Assembly: GCA_963843575.1 (NCBI GenBank)
Contig: CAWJKZ010000014.1
Coordinates: forward strand, 224,001 to 288,000
DNA length: 64,000 nt
Direction: 5' to 3'
Origin: an uncultured Acidobacteriota bacterium
Lineage (GTDB): Bacteria; Acidobacteriota; UBA6911
This document shows positions 1-9,956 of the stretch, in pieces. Both the position numbers and the translations under genes were made by a program. The number at the start of each line of letters is the position of its first letter. Positions within the stretch are counted from its first letter, which is position 1. The notes beneath the pieces were generated by a model, which made no database searches, was not told the origin of the DNA, and worked only from the letters and a program-made list of their open reading frames with translations.

Positions 1-540
1 ATTCGGAATCCTGCCAATGCGCTGGACGAGGTTCTCGCCGGCGTTGTAAGCCGCAAGGCTGAGCGCCAGGTCGTTGTCGAAGGTGTCGAGCAGCGTCCGC
101 ATGTGCCTCATGCCGCCGCGGATGTTTTCGTCGGGGTCCAGGGTGTCGCGGACCCCGTGCCGGGCGGCGGTTGCAGGCATCAACTGCATAAGGCCGCGCG
201 CTCCTTTGGGAGATACGGCCTTGGGGTTGAACCCGGATTCCTTCGAAATCATCAGCCGGATCAGCGACGGGTCCAGGCGGTACTCTCCCGCATACTTCTC
301 GATGATCGGGTCATAGGCTCGGGCGCGGCTGGAGGCAGGCGCCGCCGGTCTTACAGCGGGTTCCGGGGGTGGTCCCGTAAGCTTGAGATCGCGCACCGGC
401 GCTTTCGGGGGAATGTTGGTCAGGATGCGTACGCCGCTGTCGTCCAGGTACGAATAGAGAGTCTGGCCGACACACCACCGGACAGAGGAGAGCGCAGCAA
501 CAAGAAGGGCAGCAACTACGAGAGCAGTGCGGTTCACCAT
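1..540 (-). CDS. Lytic transglycosylase (SLT family) with signal peptide; runs off the window start
   Basis: Manual translation from ATG at 540: [13 protein letters not shown]...[25 protein letters not shown]...AAYNAGE, containing the ES, GLMQ and AYNAG SLT motifs. Not in the ORF track because it is truncated. Confidence 0.9.
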   Translation of the reverse strand, partial: MVNRTALVVAALLVAALSSVRWCVGQTLYSYLDDSGVRILTNIPPKAPVRDLKLTGPPPEPAVRPAAPASSRARAYDPIIEKYAGEYRLDPSLIRLMISKESGFNPKAVSPKGARGLMQLMPATAARHGVRDTLDPDENIRGGMRHMRTLLDTFDNDLALSLAAYNAGENLVQRIGRIPN

Positions 541-605
541 CGACCCCCCAGCGGGAAAACGTGTACCTTCCTTCTGATGCCGGGGGGATGGAAAAAGTCT
601 AAAAT

Positions 606-3239
606 TCATCGGGCAAGCATAGCTTCGACAATCTCGAAGCTCCTCTGTATAGCATCGGCCAACCTGGAAGAATCTTTACCTCCGGCTTCGGCGAGTTCGG
701 CTTTACCGCCGCCGGCCCCTCCGACCAGGGGAGCGATCTCCTTGATGATCTTCCCGGCGGGGAGGCGCTTGGCGATATCGGAACTGACCATCACGACAAG
801 TGCCGCCTTGCCGTCCTGCGGGGAGCCAAGAATGACGACGCCGGACCCGAGCTTGTGCTTCAGCTCGTCGGCCACCGACCGGAGGCTGGCCCGATCCGTC
901 TCGGGCAGCACCTGGGCCAGCACGTTCACCCCATGGATCTTGCGCGCCTGGCCGGCGAGGTTTGATGTAGCCAGGCGGGCCTGCTGCATCTTGAGTTCCC
1001 CAATCTGGCGCTGCAGATCCCTTATCTGCCCCTGTAGTTTCTCGATGAGGCCCGGGATCTCCTGTCTCGCGACTTTATACTCGATCTGGACGTATTCGAG
1101 CAACTGCTCGTCGGCACGGAAGCGCGCGAGAGCGGCCGGACCGGTCACAGACTCGATGCGTCGCACGCCGGCGGCAATCCCCGCTTCCGAGACGATCTTG
1201 AAGGCGCCGATAGTCCCCGTGGCCGCCACGTGGGTCCCGCCGCACAGTTCCTTGCTGAATCCGGGGATTTCCACCACCCGGACGTGTTCCCTGTACTTTT
1301 CGCCGAACAAGGCGACGGCGCCCGAATCGAGCGCGCGCTCCAAGTCCATAATCTCCGTCCGAACCGGCGTGTTGAGCCAGATCTGCTCGTTGACCTCATC
1401 TTCGACCTTGTCGACCTCGGCGGAGGTGAGGGCCGCGAAGTGGGTAAAGTCGAAGCGCAGCCGGTCGGGAGCGACGAGCGAACCCGCCTGTTTGACGTGC
1501 GGACCGAGGACTTTCCGGAGCGCCGCGTGCAGGAGGTGCGTCGCCGTGTGGTTTTTCATCGTCAGCCGTCGCTTCGCGAGGTCGACCGAAGCCTCGACCT
1601 GGTCCCCGACCTGCAGGCTGCCACTTTCCATTTCCACGACGTGGGCGATCGCGGTCCCCCGATACAGGGTGTCGACGACCCTGGCCCGGTTCACGCCCTG
1701 CAGGAGGAGTCCGGTATCGCCGACCTGGCCCCCCGCCTCGGCATAGAACGGGGTAGGGTCGAGCACCGCCTCGCCGCGCTGCCCCGCCTCGATAGATTCG
1801 GCCCGCTCGCCGTCGACGAGGATGGCGCGTATGTTGGCGGACACGGGGGCGCTGTAGTTGTAGCCGACGAAATCGCTTCTGCCTTCGAAAACAGCCTGGG
1901 CGACCTCCTCGCGTATTTTGCCGACCTCGTAGTCCTGGCGCGAACGGGCGCGCTGTTCCTGAAGCGCCTTGTCGAAGCCGGCCTCATCGACCGTGAACCC
2001 GGACTCCTGGGCGAGGTCCTCGATGATTTCCAGCGGCAATCCCCTCGTGTCGTAAAGGAAAAAGGCGACATCGCCGGGCAGCACGCGGGAGCCGGAGGCT
2101 GCGAGGCGGCGCGTCCGGTCGTAGAAATCGCGCAAACCCATCCCGAGCGTGTCCGCGAAAGACTCCTCCTCCTGGCGGATCACCCGTGCCACCGTTTCCC
2201 GGGCCCGGACGAGCTCGGGATAGGCGGTCCCCATGAGTTCGGTTACGGCACCCGCCACCTGGAAGATGAACGGGCCCTCGATCTTTAGTCTCTTGCCGTG
2301 CACGACCGCCCGCCGCATGATCTTGCGCAGCACGTAGCCGCGCTTGTCGTTGCCCGGGTACTGTCCGTCGGCGACGGCGAATGTGGCCGCGCGGGCGTGG
2401 TCGGCGACGATACGCATCGAGATGTCGTCATTGGGATCGGCGCCGTATTCGGTGTTGGCCAGTCGCGCGATCTCCTGCAAGAGCGGCTGAAACAGGTCTG
2501 TGTCGTAGTTGGTGAGCTTGCCCTGCAGAATCGTCGTGATGCGCTCGAACCCCATACCCGTGTCGATGGACGGGGAGGGGAGGGGGGCCATTTCACCCGC
2601 TGCGTCCCGGTTGAACTGCATGAAGACGAGGTTCCATATCTCGACCCACCGGCCGCAGGGGCACGTCAGATCGCATGGCCCGTGATCCGGAATCGGGCTT
2701 ACGCCGAAATCGTAGTGCAGTTCGGAGCATGGCCCGCACGGGCCGGTGTCGCCCATGGCCCAGAAATTGTCCTTTTCGCCGAGCCGGTAGATCCTGTCGG
2801 AGGGAACCCCGACCCCCTTGTGCCAGAGGTCCCATGCCTGGTCGTCGTCACGGAAAACCGTGATCCAGAGCTTCTTGCGGTCGAGACCGAAGTCCCTGGT
2901 CACGAGCTCCCAGGCGAAGCGGATCGCGTCTTCCTTGAAGTAGTCTCCGAAGGAGAAGTTCCCGAGCATCTCGAAGAAGGTGTGGTGGCGGGGAGAGTGG
3001 CCCACGTCCTTGAAATCGTTGTGCTTGCCGCTCACCCGCATGCACTTCTGGCTCGTCGTCGCCCGCCGGTAGGGACGGGTCTCCTTGCCCAGAAAAACCT
3101 CTTTGAACTGGTTCATCCCGGCGTTGGTGAACAGCAGGGTAGGGTCGTTGAACGGGATGAGGGAAGAACTCGACACGATCTTGTGGCCGTTCGCCTCGAA
3201 ATAGTTCAGGAACGCTTCGCGAATTTCGCTGCTTCGCAA
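606..3239 (-). CDS. alaS: Alanine--tRNA ligase
   Basis: 877 aa, TTG start; [33 protein letters not shown], editing motifs NHTATH and ELCGGTH. Confidence 0.98.
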   Translation of the reverse strand: MRSSEIREAFLNYFEANGHKIVSSSSLIPFNDPTLLFTNAGMNQFKEVFLGKETRPYRRATTSQKCMRVSGKHNDFKDVGHSPRHHTFFEMLGNFSFGDYFKEDAIRFAWELVTRDFGLDRKKLWITVFRDDDQAWDLWHKGVGVPSDRIYRLGEKDNFWAMGDTGPCGPCSELHYDFGVSPIPDHGPCDLTCPCGRWVEIWNLVFMQFNRDAAGEMAPLPSPSIDTGMGFERITTILQGKLTNYDTDLFQPLLQEIARLANTEYGADPNDDISMRIVADHARAATFAVADGQYPGNDKRGYVLRKIMRRAVVHGKRLKIEGPFIFQVAGAVTELMGTAYPELVRARETVARVIRQEEESFADTLGMGLRDFYDRTRRLAASGSRVLPGDVAFFLYDTRGLPLEIIEDLAQESGFTVDEAGFDKALQEQRARSRQDYEVGKIREEVAQAVFEGRSDFVGYNYSAPVSANIRAILVDGERAESIEAGQRGEAVLDPTPFYAEAGGQVGDTGLLLQGVNRARVVDTLYRGTAIAHVVEMESGSLQVGDQVEASVDLAKRRLTMKNHTATHLLHAALRKVLGPHVKQAGSLVAPDRLRFDFTHFAALTSAEVDKVEDEVNEQIWLNTPVRTEIMDLERALDSGAVALFGEKYREHVRVVEIPGFSKELCGGTHVAATGTIGAFKIVSEAGIAAGVRRIESVTGPAALARFRADEQLLEYVQIEYKVARQEIPGLIEKLQGQIRDLQRQIGELKMQQARLATSNLAGQARKIHGVNVLAQVLPETDRASLRSVADELKHKLGSGVVILGSPQDGKAALVVMVSSDIAKRLPAGKIIKEIAPLVGGAGGGKAELAEAGGKDSSRLADAIQRSFEIVEAMLAR

Positions 3240-3240
3240 T

Positions 3241-3744
3241 TCAGTCTCCGCTGTCGTCGCGCTGCCAGACTGCAGCCGGGATCAGGTCCCGCAGCGCGGC
3301 CCAAATGTGATCTTCGAAAAAGCCACGCCGCCTGAGGTGGGCGACAAGCCTCTGGACTCCCCTGCGGTCGGCAGGCAAACCGGACCTGCGGCAGTGTCTT
3401 TCGATGTACTCGGCGCAGCGTGACGGCGTCGCCGAGATCGCGTCGGACACGCTCTACCGTCGATTCGGCAAGGCCCGGCGCCACGTGGCGGCGCAGCAGG
3501 GCCTGGCGCAGCCTGCAGCGGTCCCCAACCCTGTACCTTGGCCCGGTAGAAAGCGAAATTATACGCGTATTCGTGCGTCGTTGAGAAGGTTGAGCTCCTG
3601 CAGGCGGTCCAGAGCGGCCTCGACCTCCGTCTCCGCGCCGTAACGGAGGAGTTTCAGACGCAGTTCTCCCCGGGAGTGGGGCCTCCGGCCGAGGATGGCT
3701 CCCGCTTTATTGAGCAGCTTCTTCTGGACATCCGGGTCGGTCAC
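3241..3744 (-). CDS. recX: Regulatory protein RecX (about 3 frameshifts, probably sequencing errors)
   Basis: Joined pieces from different frames: VTDPDVQKKLLNKAGAILGRRPHSRGELRLKL...LLND / EYAYNFAFYRAKVQGWGP / RLRQALLRRHV... / AHLRRRGF. GTG start overlaps the pilT stop; directly upstream of alaS. Confidence 0.8.
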
Positions 3745-4868
3745 GAACTCTGGCCCGCGAGCTCCTGTTCCATGGCTTCGATGGCGGCATCCTTTGTGGT
3801 GTAGATGCCCTGGACCCGCAACTTGAATTCGTCCGGGTTGCTCGCGTAGTCTAGCGCATCTTCGTAGGAAACGCGCCCTGACTTGTAGTGTTCGTAGATG
3901 GACTGATCGAAGGTCTGCATGCCGTACTGCGACGTTCCCGCTGCAATCGCCTGGCGGATGAGCCTCGTCTTTTCCTGATCCAGGATGCAATTGCGGATGT
4001 ATTCGGTCACGACCATGACCTCGACCGCAGGCACTCGGCCAGGGGTGTCCGACCGGCGGATGAGGCGCATGGAGATGACCGCTTTGAGCACCATGGCCAG
4101 CTGCATGCGAATCTGTCGCTGCTGGTGGGACGGGAACACGGCTATGATGCGGTTGACGGTTTCTATCGCGTCGAGGGTGTGCAGGGTGCTGAAGACAAGG
4201 TGGCCGGTTTCGGCCGCAAGCAATGCAGTCTCAATAGTTTCCAGATCACGCATCTCGCCCACCAGGATTACGTCAGGGTCCTGGCGCAGCGCGCTGCGCA
4301 AGGCAGCTCCGAAATTGGCGGCGTCGACCGACACCTCGCGCTGGCTGATGATGCTCATGCGGTCCGTGTGCTGGAACTCGATCGGGTCTTCCACCGTGAT
4401 GATGTGACGAGTCATGCGCTCGTTGACGTAGTTGATCATCGAGGCCAGCGTGGTCGATTTGCCGCTTCCGGTTGTACCGGTAACGAGCACCAGGCCGCGC
4501 GGTTCGGCCGCGATCTTCTCCAGCACCTTGGGGAGGTGCAGGTCGTCGAGCGTCAGCACGCTGATCGGGATGGCGCGTATGGCGATCGAGACGGTGCCCC
4601 GCTGCTGGAAAACGTTGATGCGGAATCTCCCCAAGCCCTTCAGCCCGTATCCGACATCGGCCTCGGCGGTGTCCCTGAACCGCTGTTTCTGCTTGTTGTT
4701 CATGATCGAGAACGCCATCATCAGGCTGTCTTCCCTGCCGATCTTGCCGTATTCGGCCAGCGGCAGAAGGTCGCCGTTGAGGCGGATGTGGGGGAAACAG
4801 CCGACTTTCAGGTGCAAGTCCGAGGCACCCTTGGCGACCATCGCACGCAACAGAGTATCGAGGTCCAT
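3741..4868 (-). CDS. pilT: Type IV pilus retraction ATPase, PilT/PilU family
   Basis: GASDLHL, Walker A GTTGSGKST, EDPIE, LRQDPDVILVGEMRD, AETGHLVFSTLH, GMQTFDQ. Confidence 0.93.
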   Translation of the reverse strand: MDLDTLLRAMVAKGASDLHLKVGCFPHIRLNGDLLPLAEYGKIGREDSLMMAFSIMNNKQKQRFRDTAEADVGYGLKGLGRFRINVFQQRGTVSIAIRAIPISVLTLDDLHLPKVLEKIAAEPRGLVLVTGTTGSGKSTTLASMINYVNERMTRHIITVEDPIEFQHTDRMSIISQREVSVDAANFGAALRSALRQDPDVILVGEMRDLETIETALLAAETGHLVFSTLHTLDAIETVNRIIAVFPSHQQRQIRMQLAMVLKAVISMRLIRRSDTPGRVPAVEVMVVTEYIRNCILDQEKTRLIRQAIAAGTSQYGMQTFDQSIYEHYKSGRVSYEDALDYASNPDEFKLRVQGIYTTKDAAIEAMEQELAGQSS

Positions 4869-4948
4869 GGCAATCCTTTAGTATGGCCTGCACCGCACCG
4901 CCGCGGGGTCGATCCAAGGCGAATCCCTTGCGTTCTAATGATTTAACC

Positions 4949-4977
4949 TTGACTGCCCCGGACGCTTTCCGTAACAT
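4949..4977 (+). promoter_or_regulatory. Sigma70-like promoter for the membrane-protein operon; near-leaderless transcript
   Basis: TTGACT (4949-4954), 17 nt spacer, TAACAT (4972-4977); the ATG at 4987 is 9 nt downstream. Confidence 0.6.
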
Positions 4978-4986
4978 TCGTAACCT

Positions 4987-5407
4987 ATGGAAACGGAACC
5001 CCTACCACAACCAGTTCAAGATGTTCAGCCGGAGGCAGGCATGATCAAGGCGATCGGGGCCTGCCTGGCCGGCGCTCTCGTCCCGGGTCTCGGGCACGCG
5101 CTCCTGCAGAAGTGGGACCGGGCCCTGGTTTTCTGCGGCAGCATCGCACTCATGTTCGCCCTCGGGTTGCGCCTTCAGGGGCGGCTCTTCGGCCCGGATT
5201 TTTCCGACTTGTTCTCAAGCCTCAAATTCGTCGCCGACGCAGGCGACGGGCTTGCTCTACTGGGTGTCCTGGATCCGCGGGCTCGGACCGGGCGAACCTA
5301 GCGCCTACACCTATGATTTCGGCAACGTTTTCGTCTACGTCGCCGGTCTTCTGAACATGCTGGTCGTGGTCGACGTGTTCGACATTGCGATGGGCAGGAA
5401 GCGATGA
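4987..5407 (+). CDS. Conserved membrane protein (DUF6677-like), one frameshift near 5250
   Basis: LVPGLGH N-terminal part continues in another frame as LLYWVSWIRGLG...YDFGNVFVYVAGLLNMLVVVDVFDIAMGRKR*. Confidence 0.75.
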
Positions 5408-5577
5408 ACAACCATTTCGTCCTGATGGTCATCTTCAGCCTGCTCACGTCGCTGGTTTTCACCTTCATCGCCAAGACCGGCGCACGGGAGCGGGTCAAGT
5501 ACTTCTTTTACCTTTTCGGCTGCTTCGTCCTCCTGTCGATTCTGGCGGGATGGCTCATGTACCCGTTCCCGTTCTGA
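5404..5577 (+). CDS. 57-aa two-TM small membrane protein, missed by the ORF track
   Basis: MNNHFVLMVIFSLLTSLVFTFIAKTGARERVKYFFYLFGCFVLLSILAGWLMYPFPF*; ATGA overlap with the upstream stop; GC-rich third codon positions. Confidence 0.8.
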   Translation: MNNHFVLMVIFSLLTSLVFTFIAKTGARERVKYFFYLFGCFVLLSILAGWLMYPFPF

Positions 5578-5615
5578 TCGGCGGCTGACTCGTCTCTTAT
5601 TCAGGGAAATCGCTC

Positions 5616-6027
5616 ATGAAGTGGCGCGCGGGCGGGCGTTTTCTGGCTTTCAAGGCGCCCGCGCTCGCCTACATGGCGTTTATATTCTTCATGAGTTCGG
5701 GGCCGATAACCTCCAAGACCCTGAACGAGGTCCCCGACTACGTCCTCCATGCCCTCGGCTACGCGTTGCTGTGCCTTCTGCTCTTCTGGGCGATCCACGA
5801 GGGCGTGCGGGTCGCGCGTGCGCGCTGGGGATACTGGCTTCCTGCCGTCCTCACCGTCCTGTATGGAATATCGGACGAATTCCACCAGTCCTTTATCCCG
5901 ACGCGTCAGAGCTCGATATCGGATGTCGGGGCGGATGCCGTGGGTGCGTTGGTCGGATGTCCTGCTGCTCGTGCTTGCTGCACGCGCAACTATACCCGTT
6001 CCGCGTGGCTCGGCGGCCTTGATATAA
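5616..6027 (+). CDS. VanZ-family membrane protein (likely frameshift near 5958; 3' end approximate)
   Basis: IFFMSS, H..GY, YGISDEFHQSFIPTR.SS..DVGADAVG; the hydrophobic tail VLLLVLAARA is in another frame. Confidence 0.8.
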
Positions 6028-6125
6028 TCGCGGCGCCTCAGAACCGCGGGCACGCTCTTCCGGCCAAGCCGTGCGCTCCCGAGCCGGGCATTACGCGGAA
6101 ACTCAAGCCGTCGAGGGAGGGGCCG

Positions 6126-7141
6126 ATGGGCACCAGCCTCCTGCAGCAGATCAGAGAGTGCAACAGCAACTACAGGGCCGGGCAACCGCGGCTCCTGGAC
6201 TGCGTCGGGTGACCCGTTCATCGTTCTGGCGTGCATCGATCCGCGGCTGACCGGACTGCTCGAGCCCGCGCTCGGGCTGCCACGCCATCGTGCCCTGGTG
6301 ATCCGGGTGGCGGGAAACCGAGTTTCCGAAACCGCGCCGGAAGTGCTCCGGTCGATTGCCGCGGGAGCCTACATCAAGGGGGGCACGGAACTGTTCGTGG
6401 TGGGGCATACCGACTGCGCCATGGCCAGCTTTTCCAGCGCCCAGGTCGATCGAGAACTTCCGCAGGGCAGGTGTGGCACGCAGCGCGTTTGGCGATGACG
6501 ACCTCCGCGCCTGGTTCGGCGCGTTTCCGGACGTCCGGAGCAACGTGTTGTCCGGGATTGCTTATGTCCGCCGGTCTGGAATCCTGTCGCCTCAGTTCAA
6601 GGTGCATGGACTCATGCTCGGTACGGACGACGGCACGGTCGAGGTGATTCACGACGGTGACGCCTCGGCGGCGGTCGCGCCGCCGGTCATTCCCGTCAGC
6701 CCGGGCCGGGAAGCCGAAATCAAGCCGCCGGTGGAGAAGACGACGGAGCGGCGCGTTCCCGAAACTCCGCCGATCCCGGGGCCGCATGTGCAACACGGGC
6801 CGAAGGCGGTGATTATCGGCGCGCCACGGCCGGTGCCCCCAGGCCAGCCGCCCGCCGCTCCGCCCGCTTCGGTCGCGGCGGCCGCCATGGTGTTGCGCGA
6901 CTTCTTCCTCAAGGAGAGCGGTGATGCGCACTTCCAGCAGACCGCCCTCGACCTGAAGACCCTCGTGAAACACGAGCGGAATCCGGCCCGGATCCTCTCG
7001 GTGCTGGAGCGCATCGCCAGGGACTACCGTGCCCGGTATCCGGAACTGCCCGCGACGCTGGAGTATCTGAAGCAGACGCTCCAGACCGAAGGCGCGGCCG
7101 GGATGCAGTTCATGGAATTCATGAAGCGGATTCTCGAATGA
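6126..7141 (+). CDS. Beta-carbonic anhydrase-like protein with Pro-rich linker and C-terminal helical domain (2 frameshifts)
   Basis: RBS GAGGGAGG, ATG 6126; reconstructed IVLACIDPRL...IRVAGN...VVGHTDCAM with Zn ligands C, H, C. Extra G at about 6207 and about 6448. Confidence 0.8.
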
Positions 7142-7234
7142 ATACGCAGCGGAACGCCGGAGCAGGCTGCCGCCGCATCGAAGCCCTCTGAGTGTGAGCG
7201 TCGAAAACTCCTTCCGGGGGGTGTCCGAGCACTT

Positions 7235-7978
7235 ATGAACCCGCAGAACCGAACAGCCATCGTGACCGGGGCGACCCGGGGGATTGGGCGAGGCATCGCG
7301 CTTGAGTTGGCTCGGCGCGGGTGCAACGTCGCGTTCAACTATGTCCGTAACACCGCGGCCGCCGAACTTCTGGTGGGGGAGATAGCCGCCCTGGGGACCA
7401 CCGCGACGGCATTTCAGGCTGACGTGGCCGATCCTGCCGCCGTGGATGCCATGGTGCGACACGTCAAGGAGCAGTTCGGCCGCATCGATTACCTGGTCAA
7501 CAACGCCGGGATCATCCGCGACGGGCTGCTCCTGCGCATGTCCGAAGCGGACTGGGACGCCGTGATCGACACGAATCTCAAAGGGGCTTTTCACTTCTCC
7601 AAGGCGGTCGCGGCCGTCATGGTCAGGGCGCGCTTCGGTTCCATCCTGAACATCACCTCGATCAGTGGACTGGTCGGCATGGCGGGCCAGACCAACTACT
7701 CGGCGTCCAAGGCCGGGCTGATCGGGTTGACGAAAGCCACGGCCAAGGAAATCGCGGGGAGAAACGTCACGGTCAATGCGCTTGCCCTCGGACTGGTCGA
7801 CACCGACATGACCCAGGGTCTCAGCGGGGAATACCGCGCGAAAATGTTGGAGGCCGTGCCGCTGAAGCGCTTCGCGACGGTCGAGGAGGTCGCGCGCGTC
7901 GCGGCCTTCCTGCTCTCGGATGACGCGCGCTACATGACGGGCCAGGTCGTTCAGGTCGACGGCGGTCTCGCGATCTAG
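7235..7978 (+). CDS. fabG: 3-oxoacyl-ACP reductase (SDR family)
   Basis: TGATRGIG, NNAGIIRD, YSASK, TGQVVQVDGG. Confidence 0.88.
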   Translation: MNPQNRTAIVTGATRGIGRGIALELARRGCNVAFNYVRNTAAAELLVGEIAALGTTATAFQADVADPAAVDAMVRHVKEQFGRIDYLVNNAGIIRDGLLLRMSEADWDAVIDTNLKGAFHFSKAVAAVMVRARFGSILNITSISGLVGMAGQTNYSASKAGLIGLTKATAKEIAGRNVTVNALALGLVDTDMTQGLSGEYRAKMLEAVPLKRFATVEEVARVAAFLLSDDARYMTGQVVQVDGGLAI

Positions 7979-8131
7979 GCCTCCCCTGAGAGCCGAACGG
8001 AAGGCGAGATCATTCGGTGCCGCGGGTGCCGGTACCGGTGCGACTGTTACCGGCCACTGGCAAGCGGCTTTGACCCGACAAATTGTTGGCACTTCGGCCG
8101 GCTCCGGCGTTTATCAGACCGGAGGCGGACT

Positions 8132-8818
8132 GTGAACGGGGGACTCGAGACGCAGTGGGCGTCGGCGGCCGGTCATCCGAACGTGGATGGCGCAATCGAC
8201 GGGGTCGCGGCCCTGCTCGCCCTGGTTCTCGACGGCGGCCGAAACAGCTCGGCCGCGCAGGCTTCCTCGCGACGGCTGCTGAGGCACTTCGGGTCGGCCG
8301 GCGCACTGGCGCAGGCTTCCGAAGCTGAAATATGCCGTGCCGGAAGGGTCAGCAGTCGGCAGGCAGGCCGGCTGCAGGCCGCCCTCGCGCTGGGCAGGCA
8401 GCTCTGTTCTGCCCCGCTGAAGCCAGGACAGCGCTTCTCGAACAGCCGTGACCTCTTTGAACGCTACCGCGCCCAGTTCTTCTCGGCCAACAAGGAGTAT
8501 TTCGTATCGCTGCACCTGAACTCCAAGAACCAGCTGATCCGCGAGGTGCTGATCTCCATAGGAAGTTTGAGCACTTCCGTGGTGCACCCGCGCGAGGTGT
8601 TCGCCCCCGCCGTGCGCGACAGCACGGCAGGGCTGATTTTCCTGCACAACCATCCTTCGGGTGACCCCGCGCCCAGCCGCGAGGACCGCGAATGCACCAG
8701 CCGGCTGTGCCAGGCCGGGAGGATCCTGGGTATCCGCGTCCTGGACCACGTCGTTCTGGGGCACGAAGACTACTTCAGCTTCGCCGACGCAGGGTTGCTG
8801 CTCGAAGGACAACAATAG
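8132..8818 (+). CDS. radC: RadC/JAB (MPN) domain protein
   Basis: HPREVF, HNHPSGDPAPSRED, VLDHVVLG; HhH-like N-terminal part; start uncertain. Confidence 0.9.
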   Translation: MNGGLETQWASAAGHPNVDGAIDGVAALLALVLDGGRNSSAAQASSRRLLRHFGSAGALAQASEAEICRAGRVSSRQAGRLQAALALGRQLCSAPLKPGQRFSNSRDLFERYRAQFFSANKEYFVSLHLNSKNQLIREVLISIGSLSTSVVHPREVFAPAVRDSTAGLIFLHNHPSGDPAPSREDRECTSRLCQAGRILGIRVLDHVVLGHEDYFSFADAGLLLEGQQ

Positions 8819-8856
8819 CCCGGCAGCAGGAGGCCGTTGCGCGGATCACGATGAGC

Positions 8857-8886
8857 TTGCCTGTGCGGAAGCGCTGCTGCTAGAAT
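8857..8886 (+). promoter_or_regulatory. Sigma70-like promoter with extended -10
   Basis: TTGCCT (8857-8862), 18 nt spacer, TAGAAT (8881-8886) preceded by TGC. Confidence 0.55.
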
Positions 8887-8932
8887 GCCGCGTTCGAACG
8901 ATAGTTCCGTTATCGGCAGGCGCTCTGGTCTC

Positions 8933-9907
8933 ATGAAAATCAAAAGCCTTAAGGATACCAACGACACGTTCGATCTCCGTTTTCCCCAGAACAGGCCTTA
9001 CGATCTGGTCGGGTTCGGGCTGAACGCGGTCGATCACCTGTGCATCGTTCCGCACTACCCACGTTTCGACACCAAGACCGAAATCCTGCATTACGAGAAA
9101 CTCGCGGGCGGGCAGGTGGCCACCACCGTGACGTTCGTCTCGCGCATGGGCATGCGCGGGAAATACATCGGCAAGGTGGGCTCCGACGAACTGGGCGAGT
9201 TCTCGCTGCAGAGCCTGCGTTCGGAGGACATCGACACGTCCTCCGTCCTGGTTGAGGAAGGTGCGCGCAACCAGTACGCGTTCATAATCATCGACAAAAA
9301 CAACGGGGAACGCACGATCCTCTGGGAGCGGGACCGGCGCCTGAGCTTCAGGGACTCGGAACTCAGGCGGGACGAGGTCTGCGCCGGGCGCATCCTGCAC
9401 CTCGACGGGCACGACTGCGACGCCGCTCTGCGCGCGGCCCAATGGGCCCAGGAGGAAGGAATCCCGGTCGTCATCGACCTCGACAAGGTCGTACCCAACA
9501 GCCGCGAACTGATCGCCAACGTCGATTTCCTCATCACGAGCTCGAACTTCCCTCCCGATTTTACGGGAATTGCCGACCCAATCGAATCGCTGCTGGCCCT
9601 GCGGGAGTTCTGCGGAGGCTTCCTGGCGGTCACCCTCGGAGTGCAGGGGGCGATGGCCGTCGTCGGCGATGAATGCGTGAGGTTTCCGGCCTTCAAGGTG
9701 CACGCGGTCGACACGACGGGCGCAGGGGACATCTTCCACGGCGGTTTCATCTACGGCCTGCTGCGCAACTGGTGCCTCGAACAGATCATGTCCTTCGCCA
9801 ATGCAGCCGCGGGCCTGAACTGCACTCACCTCGGAGCGCGTTCCGGGATACCCCCGCTCGCGGAGATCCTGAAACTGGCCAATTCCGGCGCGTATCATCA
9901 CGCCTGA
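8933..9907 (+). CDS. PfkB/ribokinase-family carbohydrate kinase
   Basis: GGQVAT, GKVGSDELG, VDTTGAGDIFHGG; ATG 8933 chosen because the upstream ATG lies in the -10 box. Confidence 0.92.
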   Translation: MKIKSLKDTNDTFDLRFPQNRPYDLVGFGLNAVDHLCIVPHYPRFDTKTEILHYEKLAGGQVATTVTFVSRMGMRGKYIGKVGSDELGEFSLQSLRSEDIDTSSVLVEEGARNQYAFIIIDKNNGERTILWERDRRLSFRDSELRRDEVCAGRILHLDGHDCDAALRAAQWAQEEGIPVVIDLDKVVPNSRELIANVDFLITSSNFPPDFTGIADPIESLLALREFCGGFLAVTLGVQGAMAVVGDECVRFPAFKVHAVDTTGAGDIFHGGFIYGLLRNWCLEQIMSFANAAAGLNCTHLGARSGIPPLAEILKLANSGAYHHA

Positions 9908-9956
9908 GACGCCGTTGTCCGTCTGATAATTCTGATAACATTGAGTCGGGTTGGCG

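Noticed and set aside
5616-6027. VanZ and MBL-fold genes as antibiotic-resistance determinants
   Set aside because: Both are broad families; there is no van cluster or mobile context, and I see no features specific to class B beta-lactamases.
6200-6215. TGA after ...LDCVG as a possible selenocysteine codon, given yqeC in the window
   Set aside because: The carbonic anhydrase sequence continues in a different frame, so this is an extra G rather than in-frame readthrough.
8132-8818. RadC/JAB gene as a marker of a defence system or mobile element
   Set aside because: It is the long chromosomal form with an N-terminal HhH-like part, flanked by housekeeping genes, with no E1/E2, nucleotidyltransferase or integrase nearby.
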